Shown here: piece by piece, positions 45,687-56,803 of the stretch
How the letters are laid out: each line of letters starts with the position of its first letter
Numbering within the stretch: the stretch's first letter is position 1
From: Ramlibacter sp.
Lineage (GTDB): Bacteria; Pseudomonadota; Gammaproteobacteria; Burkholderiales; Burkholderiaceae_C
NCBI RefSeq assembly: GCF_013697775.1
Contig: NZ_JACCWG010000161.1
Coordinates: 1-56,803, forward strand
Reading direction: 5' to 3'
Length of the DNA stretch: 56,803 bases
Notes under the pieces: model-generated
Seen by the model: only the letters and a program-made list of their open reading frames with translations
Database searches by the model: none
Told to the model about the DNA's origin: nothing
Program-made: the position numbers and the translations under genes

Positions 45687-46318
45687 GCCGCGGCCAGCTT
45701 CCTTTTCTTCTTCAGGAACTGCGCCACGCGCCAGCCGAGCAGCACGGCGAGGATGGCCGCGTAGACCGCGACTTCGGCGAAGTTGTTCTTGCCCGCGCGC
45801 ATCCAGAAGAAATGCAGCAGCCCCAAGCCGGCGATGGCGTAGACCAGCTTGTGCAGCGCCTGCCAGCGCTTGGCGCCCAGCGCCTTCACCGCGCGGTTGA
45901 ACGAGGTGGCGGCCAGCGGCGTGAGCAGCAAGAAAGCGGAGAAGCCCACCAGGATGAACGGCCGCTTGGCGATGTCCTTGGCGATCTCCGGGACGTCGAA
46001 GCCCATGTCGAACCAGCTGTAGCTGAAAAGGTGGACCACCACGTAGAAGTACACGAACAGGCCCAGCATGCGCCGCAGCCGCGCCAGCGTGGGCAGGCCG
46101 CCGACCACCCGCAGCGGCGTCACGGCCAGCGTGATGCACAGGAAGCGCAAGGTCCAGTCGCCAGTGGCGCGGATCAGGTATTCCGCCGGGTTCGCACCCA
46201 GGTTGTTGGTGAGGGCGCCGTAGAACAGCCAGGCGAAGGGCAGCAGGGACAGCACGAACACCACCGGCTTGGTCGCCGGGTGCATCAAGGCTTTGGAGAG
46301 CGAGGCGGCCATCAGCAT
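45650..46318 (-). CDS. msrQ: Methionine sulfoxide reductase heme-binding membrane subunit
   Basis: TG.W.L, RRMLGL and W..LHKLVY. Confidence 0.95.
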   Translation of the reverse strand: MLMAASLSKALMHPATKPVVFVLSLLPFAWLFYGALTNNLGANPAEYLIRATGDWTLRFLCITLAVTPLRVVGGLPTLARLRRMLGLFVYFYVVVHLFSYSWFDMGFDVPEIAKDIAKRPFILVGFSAFLLLTPLAATSFNRAVKALGAKRWQALHKLVYAIAGLGLLHFFWMRAGKNNFAEVAVYAAILAVLLGWRVAQFLKKKRKLAAAQPAGSSFSLRS

Positions 46319-46323
46319 CCTTT

Positions 46324-46379
46324 CGAATCGGTCATGCGTCTATGTCGCGGTGGACCCGCATGTTCTTACCGAATCGGTC
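46324..46379. repeat. 10-bp direct repeat CGAATCGGTC (46324-46333 and 46370-46379)
   Basis: Exact duplication in the msrP-msrQ intergenic region. Confidence 0.75.
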
Positions 46380-46405
46380 GCAGCTGACGCGCAGCCAGGC
46401 CGGAC

Positions 46406-47404
<999 letters not shown>

Positions 47405-47482
47405 GGCATCTCCTGTTCCTGGCCGTTGGTCTGGATACGCCGGCCGTTCTTACATGGATTCAACCGCGTTGAGCGGCCGCGC

Positions 47483-48853
47483 TCAGAGTTCGCCGTAGCT
47501 GTGCAGCCCCGACAGGAACATGTTGACGCCCAGGAAGGCGAAGGTGGTGACTACCAGGCCACCCAGCGCCCACCAGGCCGACACCGTGCCGCGCAGGCCC
47601 TTCATCAGCCGCATGTGCAGCCAGGCCGCGTAGTTCAGCCAGACGATCAGCGCCCAAGTCTCCTTGGGGTCCCAGCTCCAATAGCCGCCCCAGGCCTCGG
47701 CCGCCCACAGCGCGCCCAGCACGGTGGCGATGGTGAAGAAGGCGAAGCCCACGGCGATGGACTTGTACATCACGTCGTCCAGCACTTCCAGGGGCGGCAG
47801 GCGCCCGGCGATGTGCCGGCGCGTCAGCAGGATGCCCGCGACGATCAGCGACGCGATGCCGAAGTACACCGCCCAGTAGCCGCTGCCCGATGCCGCCGCC
47901 TTGGTGCGGAACACCACCGGCTCGAAGCACAGCACCACGCCAAGCAGCCACAGCGGCGCCAGCTTGTACCAGCGCGTCTCGCCGGCGTGCTGCTTGATCA
48001 GGTAGGCAAAGGCCACCATGGCAGCCAGCGCGAAGGTGCCGTAGCCGATGAAGTTGGCCGGCACGTGCAGCTTCATCCACCAGCTCTTGAGGGCCGGCAC
48101 CAGCGGCTGGATCTCGTGCGCCTCGCGCACCACCGTGTACCAGAGCAGGAAGCCGACCGCGGCGCTGACCACCAGCATGACGAAGGCACCCAGCGCGCGC
48201 GTGCGGTACTGGTCCTCGAAGTACAGGTAGAAGGTGGTGGTGAGCCAGCAGAACAGCACGAACACCTCGTACAGGTTGCTCACCGGGATGTGGCCGATGT
48301 CGCTGCCCACCAGGTAGCTCTCGTACCAGCGCACCAGGGTGCCGACCAGCGCCATGCCGACGGCGGTCCAGGCCAGGCGCGAGCCGATCGTCTCCATCGC
48401 GGCGCTCTGGTTGCGCGAGAACATGCCGATCCAGTAGAAGGCCGTGCTCATGAAGAACAGCATGCTCATCCACAGGATGGCCGATTGGCTCGACAGGAAA
48501 TACTTCAGCCAGAACACGTTGTCCGCGCGCGCCAGGCTGCCCTGGTAGGAGACGATGCCCAGCAGGGCCGCGCCGGCCACCACCAGCATCAGCACGCGCA
48601 GCGGCCGCCAGAACCAGCCCAGCCAGATGGCCGCGGGCACGGCGCCGAGCAGGATGCCCTTCTCGTACACGTCCATGTACTGGCCGTACTGCGCGAAGGC
48701 AAAGGCGCCTCCGGCGACCACGGCCAGCGCGAACAGCCAGTCGAACCAGTTGCGCCGGGCGAGGAAGCCCGGCTCCAGCGCGAAGGTGGTGATGGTCCGG
48801 TGAGACCCGGAGAGCTCCGGATGGTGGTCGGGGGTCGTCGTGGCGGTGTTCAT
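47483..48853 (-). CDS. ccsB: System II cytochrome c biogenesis protein (CcsB/ResC type)
   Basis: WGGYWSWDPKETW (WWD domain) and GLHSY. Confidence 0.93.
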   Translation of the reverse strand: MNTATTTPDHHPELSGSHRTITTFALEPGFLARRNWFDWLFALAVVAGGAFAFAQYGQYMDVYEKGILLGAVPAAIWLGWFWRPLRVLMLVVAGAALLGIVSYQGSLARADNVFWLKYFLSSQSAILWMSMLFFMSTAFYWIGMFSRNQSAAMETIGSRLAWTAVGMALVGTLVRWYESYLVGSDIGHIPVSNLYEVFVLFCWLTTTFYLYFEDQYRTRALGAFVMLVVSAAVGFLLWYTVVREAHEIQPLVPALKSWWMKLHVPANFIGYGTFALAAMVAFAYLIKQHAGETRWYKLAPLWLLGVVLCFEPVVFRTKAAASGSGYWAVYFGIASLIVAGILLTRRHIAGRLPPLEVLDDVMYKSIAVGFAFFTIATVLGALWAAEAWGGYWSWDPKETWALIVWLNYAAWLHMRLMKGLRGTVSAWWALGGLVVTTFAFLGVNMFLSGLHSYGEL

Positions 48854-50982
48854 TCCTGCACTCCCAGCAAAGACTGCTTGAGCCGCGCGAACTCGCGGTC
48901 GGTTTCCATGGTCTTGCGGTTGCTCGATAGCGCCATGCGCGCCTGCGTGCCTCCGCCGTCGCGGCTGAGCCAAACCCAGACCCGGCGCTCGCGGATGTAC
49001 AGCATGGCAAAAATCCCCAGGATCAGCAAGCCGCAGCCCAGGTAGACGATGTAGTGCCCCGGCGCGCGCGCCACCTGGAACACGCTGGCCTGCACCTGCT
49101 TGAAGTCCTTCAGCTGGAAGGCCATGGGCGCGGGATACAGCGGCACGTCGCTCAGCGCCAGCACGGCCTGCGTCATGAAGGCCTGGGTTTTCGCATCCGG
49201 CTCCAGCGGCTTCAGGCCGGCGCGTTCGCGCGTGATCTGCGCCAGCTCGAACAGCGCGCCGTTGATGATGCGCACCAGCACTTCGCCGGCGCGCTGGCGC
49301 TCGGCCTCGGGCACGTTGACTTCCAAAAATTCGGACACCGCCTGCAGCCCGCCGGTGGGCTTGCCGCCGCCGGCTTCGGCGCCGGCGAACAGCGCCATCG
49401 CGCGCAGGGTCGATGCCGCCAGCTGCTGGCCCAGCTCGGGCCGCGACGCGTCGGTGGCCTTGCCGGCATAGCGGCGCACCGCCTCTTCGCGCAGCGCGCC
49501 GTCGGCCAGGCCCGCGCGCAGGCGCACGAAGCCGTCCAGCGTGCCGTTCTCGTCGGCCGGCACGCGCAGGTAGCGGAAGGCCTCGGCCGGCGTCTCGCGC
49601 ATGCCCATGAGGAACACCGGCACGCCGTCGCCCAGGTCCATCGGCAGCATGTAGTTGTGGAACTCGCGCGCCTGGCCGGCCGCGTCGCGCAGCTTGTAGC
49701 CGATGCTGGGGCCGACGTTGCGCAGCTCCTTCTTGTTCGTGGTCTTGTTGCCGGCGCCCAGCCGCGCGTCGATGGAGGCGCGCAGGTCCACCTTGCGCGG
49801 ATCGGTGCCACCCGCGCCGTTGCCCGACAGGTTTTCCACGTTGATGACGCGCAGGCTGGTGTACTCCAGCGCCATCTTGTCGGCGGCGTTGCCCTGCCCG
49901 CGCGTGAGCTGCGACACGCCGCCCACCACGCCTTCGATGTCGAACGGCTTGGACACGCCGTCCATCGGCACCGAGCGCAGCTGCACGGTGGAGCCGCCGT
50001 CGTCGAAGCTCGATTGGTAGATCTCCACGCCACGGTGCGACACCGGGTGGTTCACCTCGACGCGCGCGGTCGTCTTCGCGCCGGTGTCCAGGTCGTGCAG
50101 CACGATCTCGCTGGCGAACAGCTTGGGCATGCCGGTGGAGTAGTGCTCCACCACGAACTTCTTCAGCTCGATGGCGAACGGCAGGTCCTGCAGCACGATG
50201 CCGTTGGACTGGTTCAGCACCGCGGTGGACGACTGCGTGCCTTCGGCCACCAGCAGGTTGCCGCGGAATGCCGGGTTATTGGCCGGCAGGCGGTGCCGCG
50301 CCGGCACCTCGGACACCATGCCGCCGCCGTTGTAGGGCGTCTTGCCGCCCCACCACATGATGCCGCGCACGATCATGTCGCCATCGAGCAGGCCGCCCAG
50401 GCAGATCAGCACGATGGCGCTATGCGCCGACAGATAGCCGATCTTGTTGGCCGCGCCCTTGCGCGCCGCCACCATCCAGCCCGCGCCCTGCCCCGCTGGC
50501 ACGCCTTCGCGCTGCTGCAGCTTCACCTTCCAGCCAGCCCTGGCCAGGCCCGCGCCGATGCGCCGTGCCGCCGCCTCGGGCAGCTCGTTGAGCGGCGCTT
50601 CGGCCTTGTGGGGGAAGGACCGCAGGCTCTGCTCGCGGATGTTCTCCTTGGCGGTCTTCAGGTCGGCCAGTATCTTGGGCGTGTTGCGGGCGATGCACAG
50701 CGAGGTGCTCACCACCAGGAAGGCCAGGATCAGCAGGAACCACCAGGCGCTGTAGACGGTGTTCAGCCGCGCCGACAGGAACAGCTGCGCCCAGAACGGG
50801 CCGAACTGGTTGACGTAGTTGCCCAGCGGCTCCTGCTGCTTGAGCACCGTGCCGATGATGGAGGCGATGCAGATCAGCGTGAGCAGCGCGATCGCGAAGC
50901 GCATGGACGACAGCAGCTCCAGGGCCGAGCGCAGGGCCTGCGGGCCGCGGCGGATCGTCATGCCCTGGGTGGTGGCGTTCAT
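48850..50982 (-). CDS. resB: System II cytochrome c biogenesis protein ResB
   Basis: LSSMRFAI.LL, YSAWWF and VNHP..H.GV.IYQSSF. Confidence 0.93.
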   Translation of the reverse strand: MNATTQGMTIRRGPQALRSALELLSSMRFAIALLTLICIASIIGTVLKQQEPLGNYVNQFGPFWAQLFLSARLNTVYSAWWFLLILAFLVVSTSLCIARNTPKILADLKTAKENIREQSLRSFPHKAEAPLNELPEAAARRIGAGLARAGWKVKLQQREGVPAGQGAGWMVAARKGAANKIGYLSAHSAIVLICLGGLLDGDMIVRGIMWWGGKTPYNGGGMVSEVPARHRLPANNPAFRGNLLVAEGTQSSTAVLNQSNGIVLQDLPFAIELKKFVVEHYSTGMPKLFASEIVLHDLDTGAKTTARVEVNHPVSHRGVEIYQSSFDDGGSTVQLRSVPMDGVSKPFDIEGVVGGVSQLTRGQGNAADKMALEYTSLRVINVENLSGNGAGGTDPRKVDLRASIDARLGAGNKTTNKKELRNVGPSIGYKLRDAAGQAREFHNYMLPMDLGDGVPVFLMGMRETPAEAFRYLRVPADENGTLDGFVRLRAGLADGALREEAVRRYAGKATDASRPELGQQLAASTLRAMALFAGAEAGGGKPTGGLQAVSEFLEVNVPEAERQRAGEVLVRIINGALFELAQITRERAGLKPLEPDAKTQAFMTQAVLALSDVPLYPAPMAFQLKDFKQVQASVFQVARAPGHYIVYLGCGLLILGIFAMLYIRERRVWVWLSRDGGGTQARMALSSNRKTMETDREFARLKQSLLGVQE

Positions 50983-50998
50983 GCGGTGTTGGGAGAGG

Positions 50999-51040
50999 AA
51001 AAAAGAAGGCGGGCCCCCGTGCGAGGTGCCCGCCCTTTTT
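50999..51040 (-). terminator. Rho-independent terminator after cytochrome c4 (possibly bidirectional)
   Basis: Stem GGCGGGC/GCCCGCC with a T-run on both strands. Confidence 0.8.
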
Positions 51041-51083
51041 GGATGTGGTTGTCGGCGGTTAGTTCAGCGGCGCGTCCGGCGAT

Positions 51084-51770
51084 TCAGCGCAGGCCGGCGA
51101 CGTAGTCGGACACGGCGCGGATTTCGCGGTCGTTCATCTTGGCGGCGATCTGCGTCATCTGCAGGCTGTTCTTGCGCGCGCCGTCGCGGAATGCGGCCAG
51201 CTGGGCGGCGGTGTAGTCGGCATGCTGGCCGGACAGGCGCGGGTACTGGGCCGGAACGCCCGAGCCGGTGGGGCTGTGGCAGCCGGCGCAGGCGGCGATC
51301 TGCCGGTCGGCGATGCCGCCGCGGTAGATGCGCTCGCCCAGCGCCACCAGTTCCTTGTCCTTGGCGAAGCCGGCCTTGGCCTTCTTGGCGCCGACGAAGC
51401 CGGCGATGTTCTTCATGTCGGCATCGCTCAGCTGCGACGCGAAGCCCTGCATGATGGGGCTGGGGCGCTTGCCGCTCTTGAATTCCTGCAGCTGCTTGAC
51501 GATGTAGTCGGGGTGCTGCTGCGCCAGCTTGGGGTTGGCCGGCGTGCCGGAGTTGCCGTCGGCGCCGTGGCAGGCCGCGCAGACGGCGGTGTACTTCGCT
51601 TCTCCCGCGGCGGCATCGGCCCTCGGGGACACCGGCACGGCCGGTGCCGCGGGAGCCTGGGCCTGGGTCGGCGTTGCCGCGGGCGCGCCGGTGGCGGCAG
51701 GCTGCTGGGCCAGGGCCGGGAGTGCGGCAGCGACGAGCGCGGCGAACAGCAGGGAAGCGAGCGACTTCAT
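51084..51770 (-). CDS. Diheme cytochrome c4
   Basis: Signal peptide; CAACH and CAGCH; divergent from engB. Confidence 0.93.
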   Translation of the reverse strand: MKSLASLLFAALVAAALPALAQQPAATGAPAATPTQAQAPAAPAVPVSPRADAAAGEAKYTAVCAACHGADGNSGTPANPKLAQQHPDYIVKQLQEFKSGKRPSPIMQGFASQLSDADMKNIAGFVGAKKAKAGFAKDKELVALGERIYRGGIADRQIAACAGCHSPTGSGVPAQYPRLSGQHADYTAAQLAAFRDGARKNSLQMTQIAAKMNDREIRAVSDYVAGLR

Positions 51771-51811
51771 AAGCGAGCGTATCTTCGGTTTGTGGGGCGC
51801 AAAACCCTGGG

Positions 51812-51821
51812 ATTCTACAAT
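51812..51821. promoter_or_regulatory. Overlapping divergent -10 hexamers (TAGAAT minus, TACAAT plus)
   Basis: ATTCTACAAT between cytochrome c4 and engB. Confidence 0.55.
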
Positions 51822-51857
51822 GCCGCTTCCGGCCGCCACGGCCACCGCCCAGCTCAC

Positions 51858-52544
51858 ATGACCACTCCCACGGGCGCCCGCGCCACCACCCCCTCGCCCG
51901 AGGCGCGCGCCCTGGCCTGGCTGCACACCGCGCATTTCCTCACCACCGCTCCCCGGCTGGAGCACCTGCCCGACCATGCCTACCCGGAGATCGCCTTCGT
52001 GGGCCGCTCCAATGCCGGCAAGTCCACCTGCATCAACACGCTGACCCAGCAAAAGCGCCTGGCCTTCGCCTCCAAGACGCCGGGCCGCACCCAGGCCATC
52101 AACCTGTTCACGCTGGGCAAGCAGAACATCACCGACGCGATACTGGCCGACCTGCCCGGCTACGGCTACGCCGCCGTGCCCAAGGCCGACAAGATCCGCT
52201 GGCAGGAGGTCATGGCCAACTACCTGATGAGCCGGGGCAACCTGCGCGGCGTGGTGATGCTGTGCGACCCGCGCCATGGCCTGACCGAGCTGGACGACAT
52301 CCTGCTGGAGGTGATCCGCCCGCGCGTCGAAGCCGGAATGCACTTCCTGGTGCTACTGACCAAGGCCGACAAGCTCAACAAGAGCGAAGGGCAGAAAGCG
52401 CTGTCCATCGCGCGACTGCAAACCGCCGGCGGCGAGGTGAAACTGTTCTCCGCCCTGAAGCGCCAGGGCGTCGAGGAGACTGCCCTCGCCCTGTGGCAGT
52501 GGACGCACAAGGAAGAGCCCGCCGATGGTGCAGCCGCCGATTGA
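51858..52544 (+). CDS. engB: Ribosome biogenesis GTPase YihA/EngB
   Basis: GRSNAGKS, DLPGYGY and TKADK. Confidence 0.96.
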   Translation: MTTPTGARATTPSPEARALAWLHTAHFLTTAPRLEHLPDHAYPEIAFVGRSNAGKSTCINTLTQQKRLAFASKTPGRTQAINLFTLGKQNITDAILADLPGYGYAAVPKADKIRWQEVMANYLMSRGNLRGVVMLCDPRHGLTELDDILLEVIRPRVEAGMHFLVLLTKADKLNKSEGQKALSIARLQTAGGEVKLFSALKRQGVEETALALWQWTHKEEPADGAAAD

Positions 52545-53433
52545 AACCTACCAGCAAGCCCTGCCGCACGGCATCACGCTGAGCTGCCGCGCCGCGGGCG
52601 TTCGCGGCCGGCCGGTGCTGGTGTTCCTGCACGGCTTTCCCGAGGCGGCCTTCGTCTGGGACGAACTGCTCCAACATTTCGCGCAGCCGGCGCAGGGCGG
52701 CTGGCGCTGCGTGGCGCCCAACCTGCGCGGCTACGAGCAGTCCAGCCAGCCGAAGGACGTGGAGGCCTACCGGCCCAAGCACCTGGTGCAGGACCTGGCC
52801 GCGCTGATCGCCATCGAAGCCGGCGGCGCCCCGCTCGGCTGCCTGGTGGCGCACGACTGGGGCGGCGCCGTGGCCTGGAGCCTGGCCAACCGCATGCCGC
52901 AGCTGCTGGACAAGCTGGCCATCGTCAACTCGCCGCACCCGGGCACCTTCCTGCGCGAGCTGAAGACCAGCGCCAAGCAGCGGAAGGCCAGTGCCTACAT
53001 GAATTTCCTGGTCCGCCCCGACGCGGAAGCCCTGCTGCGCGAAGACGGCTACCGCCGCCTATTCGGCTTTTTCACCCAGTGGGGCGGCGCGCCCTGGCTG
53101 ACCGAGGAACTCAAGCAGCGCTACCGCGCCGTCTGGGACGCCAGCCTCACAGGCGGGCTGAACTGGTACCGCGCCTCGCCGCTGCGCCCGGCGACACCGG
53201 AAGATCGCGCCGCGTCCGCGGTGGAGCTGCCGCGCGAAATGCTGACGGTGGACGTGCCGACCCTGGTGCTGTGGGCGATGGAAGACGCCGCCCTGCCGCC
53301 CGAGCTGGTCGACGGCCTGGACGGCTACGTCCCGCGGCTCACGCTGGAGAAGATTCCCGGTGCCTCGCACTGGGTGGTCCATGAGCGGCCCCAGTTCATC
53401 GCCGAACGGCTCGCGGCCTTCCTGGCCCAATAG
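52525..53433 (+). CDS. Alpha/beta hydrolase, epoxide hydrolase-like
   Basis: HGFP, LRGY, HDWG (Asp nucleophile), NWYRA and SHW. Confidence 0.9.
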   Translation: MVQPPIETYQQALPHGITLSCRAAGVRGRPVLVFLHGFPEAAFVWDELLQHFAQPAQGGWRCVAPNLRGYEQSSQPKDVEAYRPKHLVQDLAALIAIEAGGAPLGCLVAHDWGGAVAWSLANRMPQLLDKLAIVNSPHPGTFLRELKTSAKQRKASAYMNFLVRPDAEALLREDGYRRLFGFFTQWGGAPWLTEELKQRYRAVWDASLTGGLNWYRASPLRPATPEDRAASAVELPREMLTVDVPTLVLWAMEDAALPPELVDGLDGYVPRLTLEKIPGASHWVVHERPQFIAERLAAFLAQ

Positions 53434-53456
53434 CGCAGTAGCGCGATCGGGCGGCT

Positions 53457-54323
53457 TCAGTACACCGGCGGCTCGCCGGGCGGGCGCGTCTTGAAGCGCT
53501 TGTGCACCCAGTAGTACTGGTCCGGCATGGCGTCGATGTAGCCTTGCAGGCGCTCGTTCATGCGCGCCGTGTCGGCCTGCAGGTCGCCGCTGGGAAACGC
53601 GGGCCAGGCCGCGTGCACGCGCACCTCGTAGCCGCCGGGGGTCATGCGCGTGACCACCGGCACCACCTTCGCGCGCCCCAGCCGCGCGAAGCGCGAGAGC
53701 GAGGGAACCGTGGCCGCCTGCACGCCGTAGAACGGCACGAAGATCGATTCCTCGGGCCCGAAATTCATGTCGGGCAGCAAGTACATCAGCTCGCCCTGGC
53801 GCAGCGCCGACACCAGCTCGCGCACACCGTCGCTGCGGCGCAGCGGCCGCGCGTTGCCGAAGCGGTGCCGCCCGCGCAGGATCCAGGCGTCCAGCACCTT
53901 GTTGCTCTGGTGCGTGTAGATGCCGACCATGCGGCGCGGCAGCTGCTGCGAGAGACCCGTGACGCCGGCATCCATGCCGACGAAGTGCGGCGCGAAGAGG
54001 ATGGTGGGCTCGGTGCCGGCCAATTCGCGCACCTCGCCCGTCACCACCAGCCGGCGGCGCGTCACCTCGGGGCTGGCATGCCACAGCCAGGCGCGGTCCA
54101 GCCAGGCCTGTGCGAAGCGCATAAACACCTGGCGTTCCACCGTGCGCCGGCGCGCCTCGCTCCACTCGGGAAAGCACAGGCGCAGGTTGGTCCGCACCAC
54201 CTTGCGCCGCGGCTGCACGAGCACGTACAGCAGCAGGCCGAGCGCCGTGCCCATGGCGCGCACCCACGCAAGCGGCAGCGGCGCGATCAGCCGCATGAAG
54301 CCGATTCCCAGATAACTGATCAA
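53457..54323 (-). CDS. Lipid A late acyltransferase (LpxL/HtrB family)
   Basis: PHFVGMD, LPDM and QYYWVHKRFKTRP; TTG start overlapping upstream stop (inferred). Confidence 0.92.
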   Translation of the reverse strand: MISYLGIGFMRLIAPLPLAWVRAMGTALGLLLYVLVQPRRKVVRTNLRLCFPEWSEARRRTVERQVFMRFAQAWLDRAWLWHASPEVTRRRLVVTGEVRELAGTEPTILFAPHFVGMDAGVTGLSQQLPRRMVGIYTHQSNKVLDAWILRGRHRFGNARPLRRSDGVRELVSALRQGELMYLLPDMNFGPEESIFVPFYGVQAATVPSLSRFARLGRAKVVPVVTRMTPGGYEVRVHAAWPAFPSGDLQADTARMNERLQGYIDAMPDQYYWVHKRFKTRPPGEPPVY

Positions 54324-55144
54324 GGCGCTCTCTCCGCCCGTGGCGTCTTGTAGCGCGCATAGCCCCACAGGTACTGCTGCGGGCATTCGCGTACCAGGCG
54401 CTCCATGCGCAGGTTGACCTGCGCGGCGGCGGCTTGTGGGTCGGCGGGCAGCTCGCCTTCCCAGGAGCGCAGGTGGATGCGATACCCGCGGCCGAACGGC
54501 AGGCGTTCGCCCCAGGCCAGCAGCAGCGCAGCGCCGGTCTGCTGCACCAGCCGCGCCGGCAGGGTCATGGTGAAGGCCTCGCGGCCGAAGAACGGCGCCC
54601 ACGTGCCCAGGCCCTGCGGCGGCACCTGGTCGGGCAGCAGGCCGACCGCGCCGCCGGCGCGCAGGGTGCGCAGCATCTGGCGCACGCCGGCCAGCGTGGT
54701 CGGCGCCGTCTCCAGCCGCGTGCGCGCGCGCGCCGTATCCACCAGTTCGCGCAGCCAGGGCTTGCGCGCCGGCCGGTATAAAACGGTGATGGTGCCGAAG
54801 CGCGCGGCATAGCCTTGCGCCGTGACCTCGAAGCAGCCCAGGTGCGGCGTCAGGAAGACGATGCCGCGGCCGGCGGCGCGGGCCGCCTCGATCAGCTCGG
54901 CACCGTCCCATTCCATGCGCACCGGCGCGCCGAACCACAGGCGCGGCACTTCCGCGATCAGGCGGCCGCCGGCGGCCACCGCGGCATGCACATTGGCGAA
55001 GCCGTAGCCCGCCTGCGCGGCGTTGGCGACGAAGCGCCGGCGGTAGGTCGGCGACAGGCAAAACGCCAGCCAGCCGAGGCCGCTTCCGATGGTGTGTAAC
55101 ACCCACAGCGGCAACAGAGCCATCACTTTAAACAGGCTTTTCAC
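54320..55144 (-). CDS. Lysophospholipid/lipid A acyltransferase (LpxL family)
   Basis: PHLGCFE, LPDQVP and [10 protein letters not shown]. Confidence 0.92.
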   Translation of the reverse strand: MKSLFKVMALLPLWVLHTIGSGLGWLAFCLSPTYRRRFVANAAQAGYGFANVHAAVAAGGRLIAEVPRLWFGAPVRMEWDGAELIEAARAAGRGIVFLTPHLGCFEVTAQGYAARFGTITVLYRPARKPWLRELVDTARARTRLETAPTTLAGVRQMLRTLRAGGAVGLLPDQVPPQGLGTWAPFFGREAFTMTLPARLVQQTGAALLLAWGERLPFGRGYRIHLRSWEGELPADPQAAAAQVNLRMERLVRECPQQYLWGYARYKTPRAERAP

Positions 55145-55162
55145 TGTGGTTAGAATGATCCG

Positions 55163-55217
55163 GTCGCCGAGTTATGAACTACTTGCAGGGCGACTTAAAG
55201 ATACTGCTAAAGCGTTC
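55163..55217 (+). ncRNA. SAM-II-like riboswitch (H-type pseudoknot) in the metK leader
   Basis: P1 GTCGCC/GGCGAC; loop GAGTT...CTTGC; linker TAAA; 3' GCTAAAG; distal GAAC/GTTC pairing; TAGAAT -10 at 55151-55156. Confidence 0.75.
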
Positions 55218-55277
55218 GCCCCAGGCTCCGGCGGAAAGGCAACGCGCCTTTCCTTCAAATCAGCGGAGTGTATTCAA

Positions 55278-56459
<1,182 letters not shown>

Positions 56460-56471
56460 GCAAGTCCGTCT

Positions 56472-56803
56472 TCAGCCCTGCGCGCGCAGCAGGGCCGAGG
56501 GCGTGAGGCCCAACACGCGCTTCATGCAGCGCGCCATGTGGCTCTGGTGGGCGAACCCAGCCTCCAGCGCGACCTGGCTGGCCGGCAGGTCGCGCCGCAG
56601 CAGCAGCGCGCGGGCACGCTGCACCCGCTGCCGGATCACATACTCGTAGGCCGGCACGCCCACCGAGCGCTTGAACAGCGTCTTGAAGTGCGAGGGGCTC
56701 AGCCCCGCCACGCCGGCCAGCAGCTCCAGCGACAGGTTCTCCGCCAGGTGCGCGTCCACGTGCTCGCGCACGCGCCGCAGCTGGCGCGGCGACAGGCCCG
56801 CGG
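56472..56803 (-). CDS. AraC-family transcriptional regulator (C-terminal HTH; 5'-truncated)
   Basis: LS..LA..AGLS.SHF..LFK and GFAHQSH. Confidence 0.9.
   Translation of the reverse strand, partial: AGLSPRQLRRVREHVDAHLAENLSLELLAGVAGLSPSHFKTLFKRSVGVPAYEYVIRQRVQRARALLLRRDLPASQVALEAGFAHQSHMARCMKRVLGLTPSALLRAQG

Overview
High-GC betaproteobacterial (Comamonadaceae-like, inferred from gene order and protein style) chromosomal window, mostly core genes. It holds degS, tatABC, the his operon, murA, bolA, yadGH-like and mla ABC genes, gltBD, dgt, aroKB, pilMNOPQ, mrcA, cyaY, lptM, lysA, msrPQ, System II cytochrome c biogenesis with cytochrome c4, engB, two lipid A acyltransferases and metK. Five things stand out. 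(1) A single HUH/Y1 (RAYT-like) tyrosine transposase is bracketed by 24-bp palindromic inverted repeats; one abuts its own -10 and the other sits just upstream of the candidate gltB promoter. (2) A four-gene catabolic islet (TetR, unknown beta-rich protein, acyl-CoA ligase, Bug receptor) splits hisA from hisF. (3) A 7-repeat Ig-like lipoprotein gene lies between pilQ and aroK. (4) aroK has no ATG/GTG/TTG before its P-loop. (5) A SAM-II-like pseudoknot with a variant binding-pocket nucleotide precedes metK. I saw no CRISPR array, tRNA or rRNA. All calls are by eye from motifs and synteny; no searches were run.
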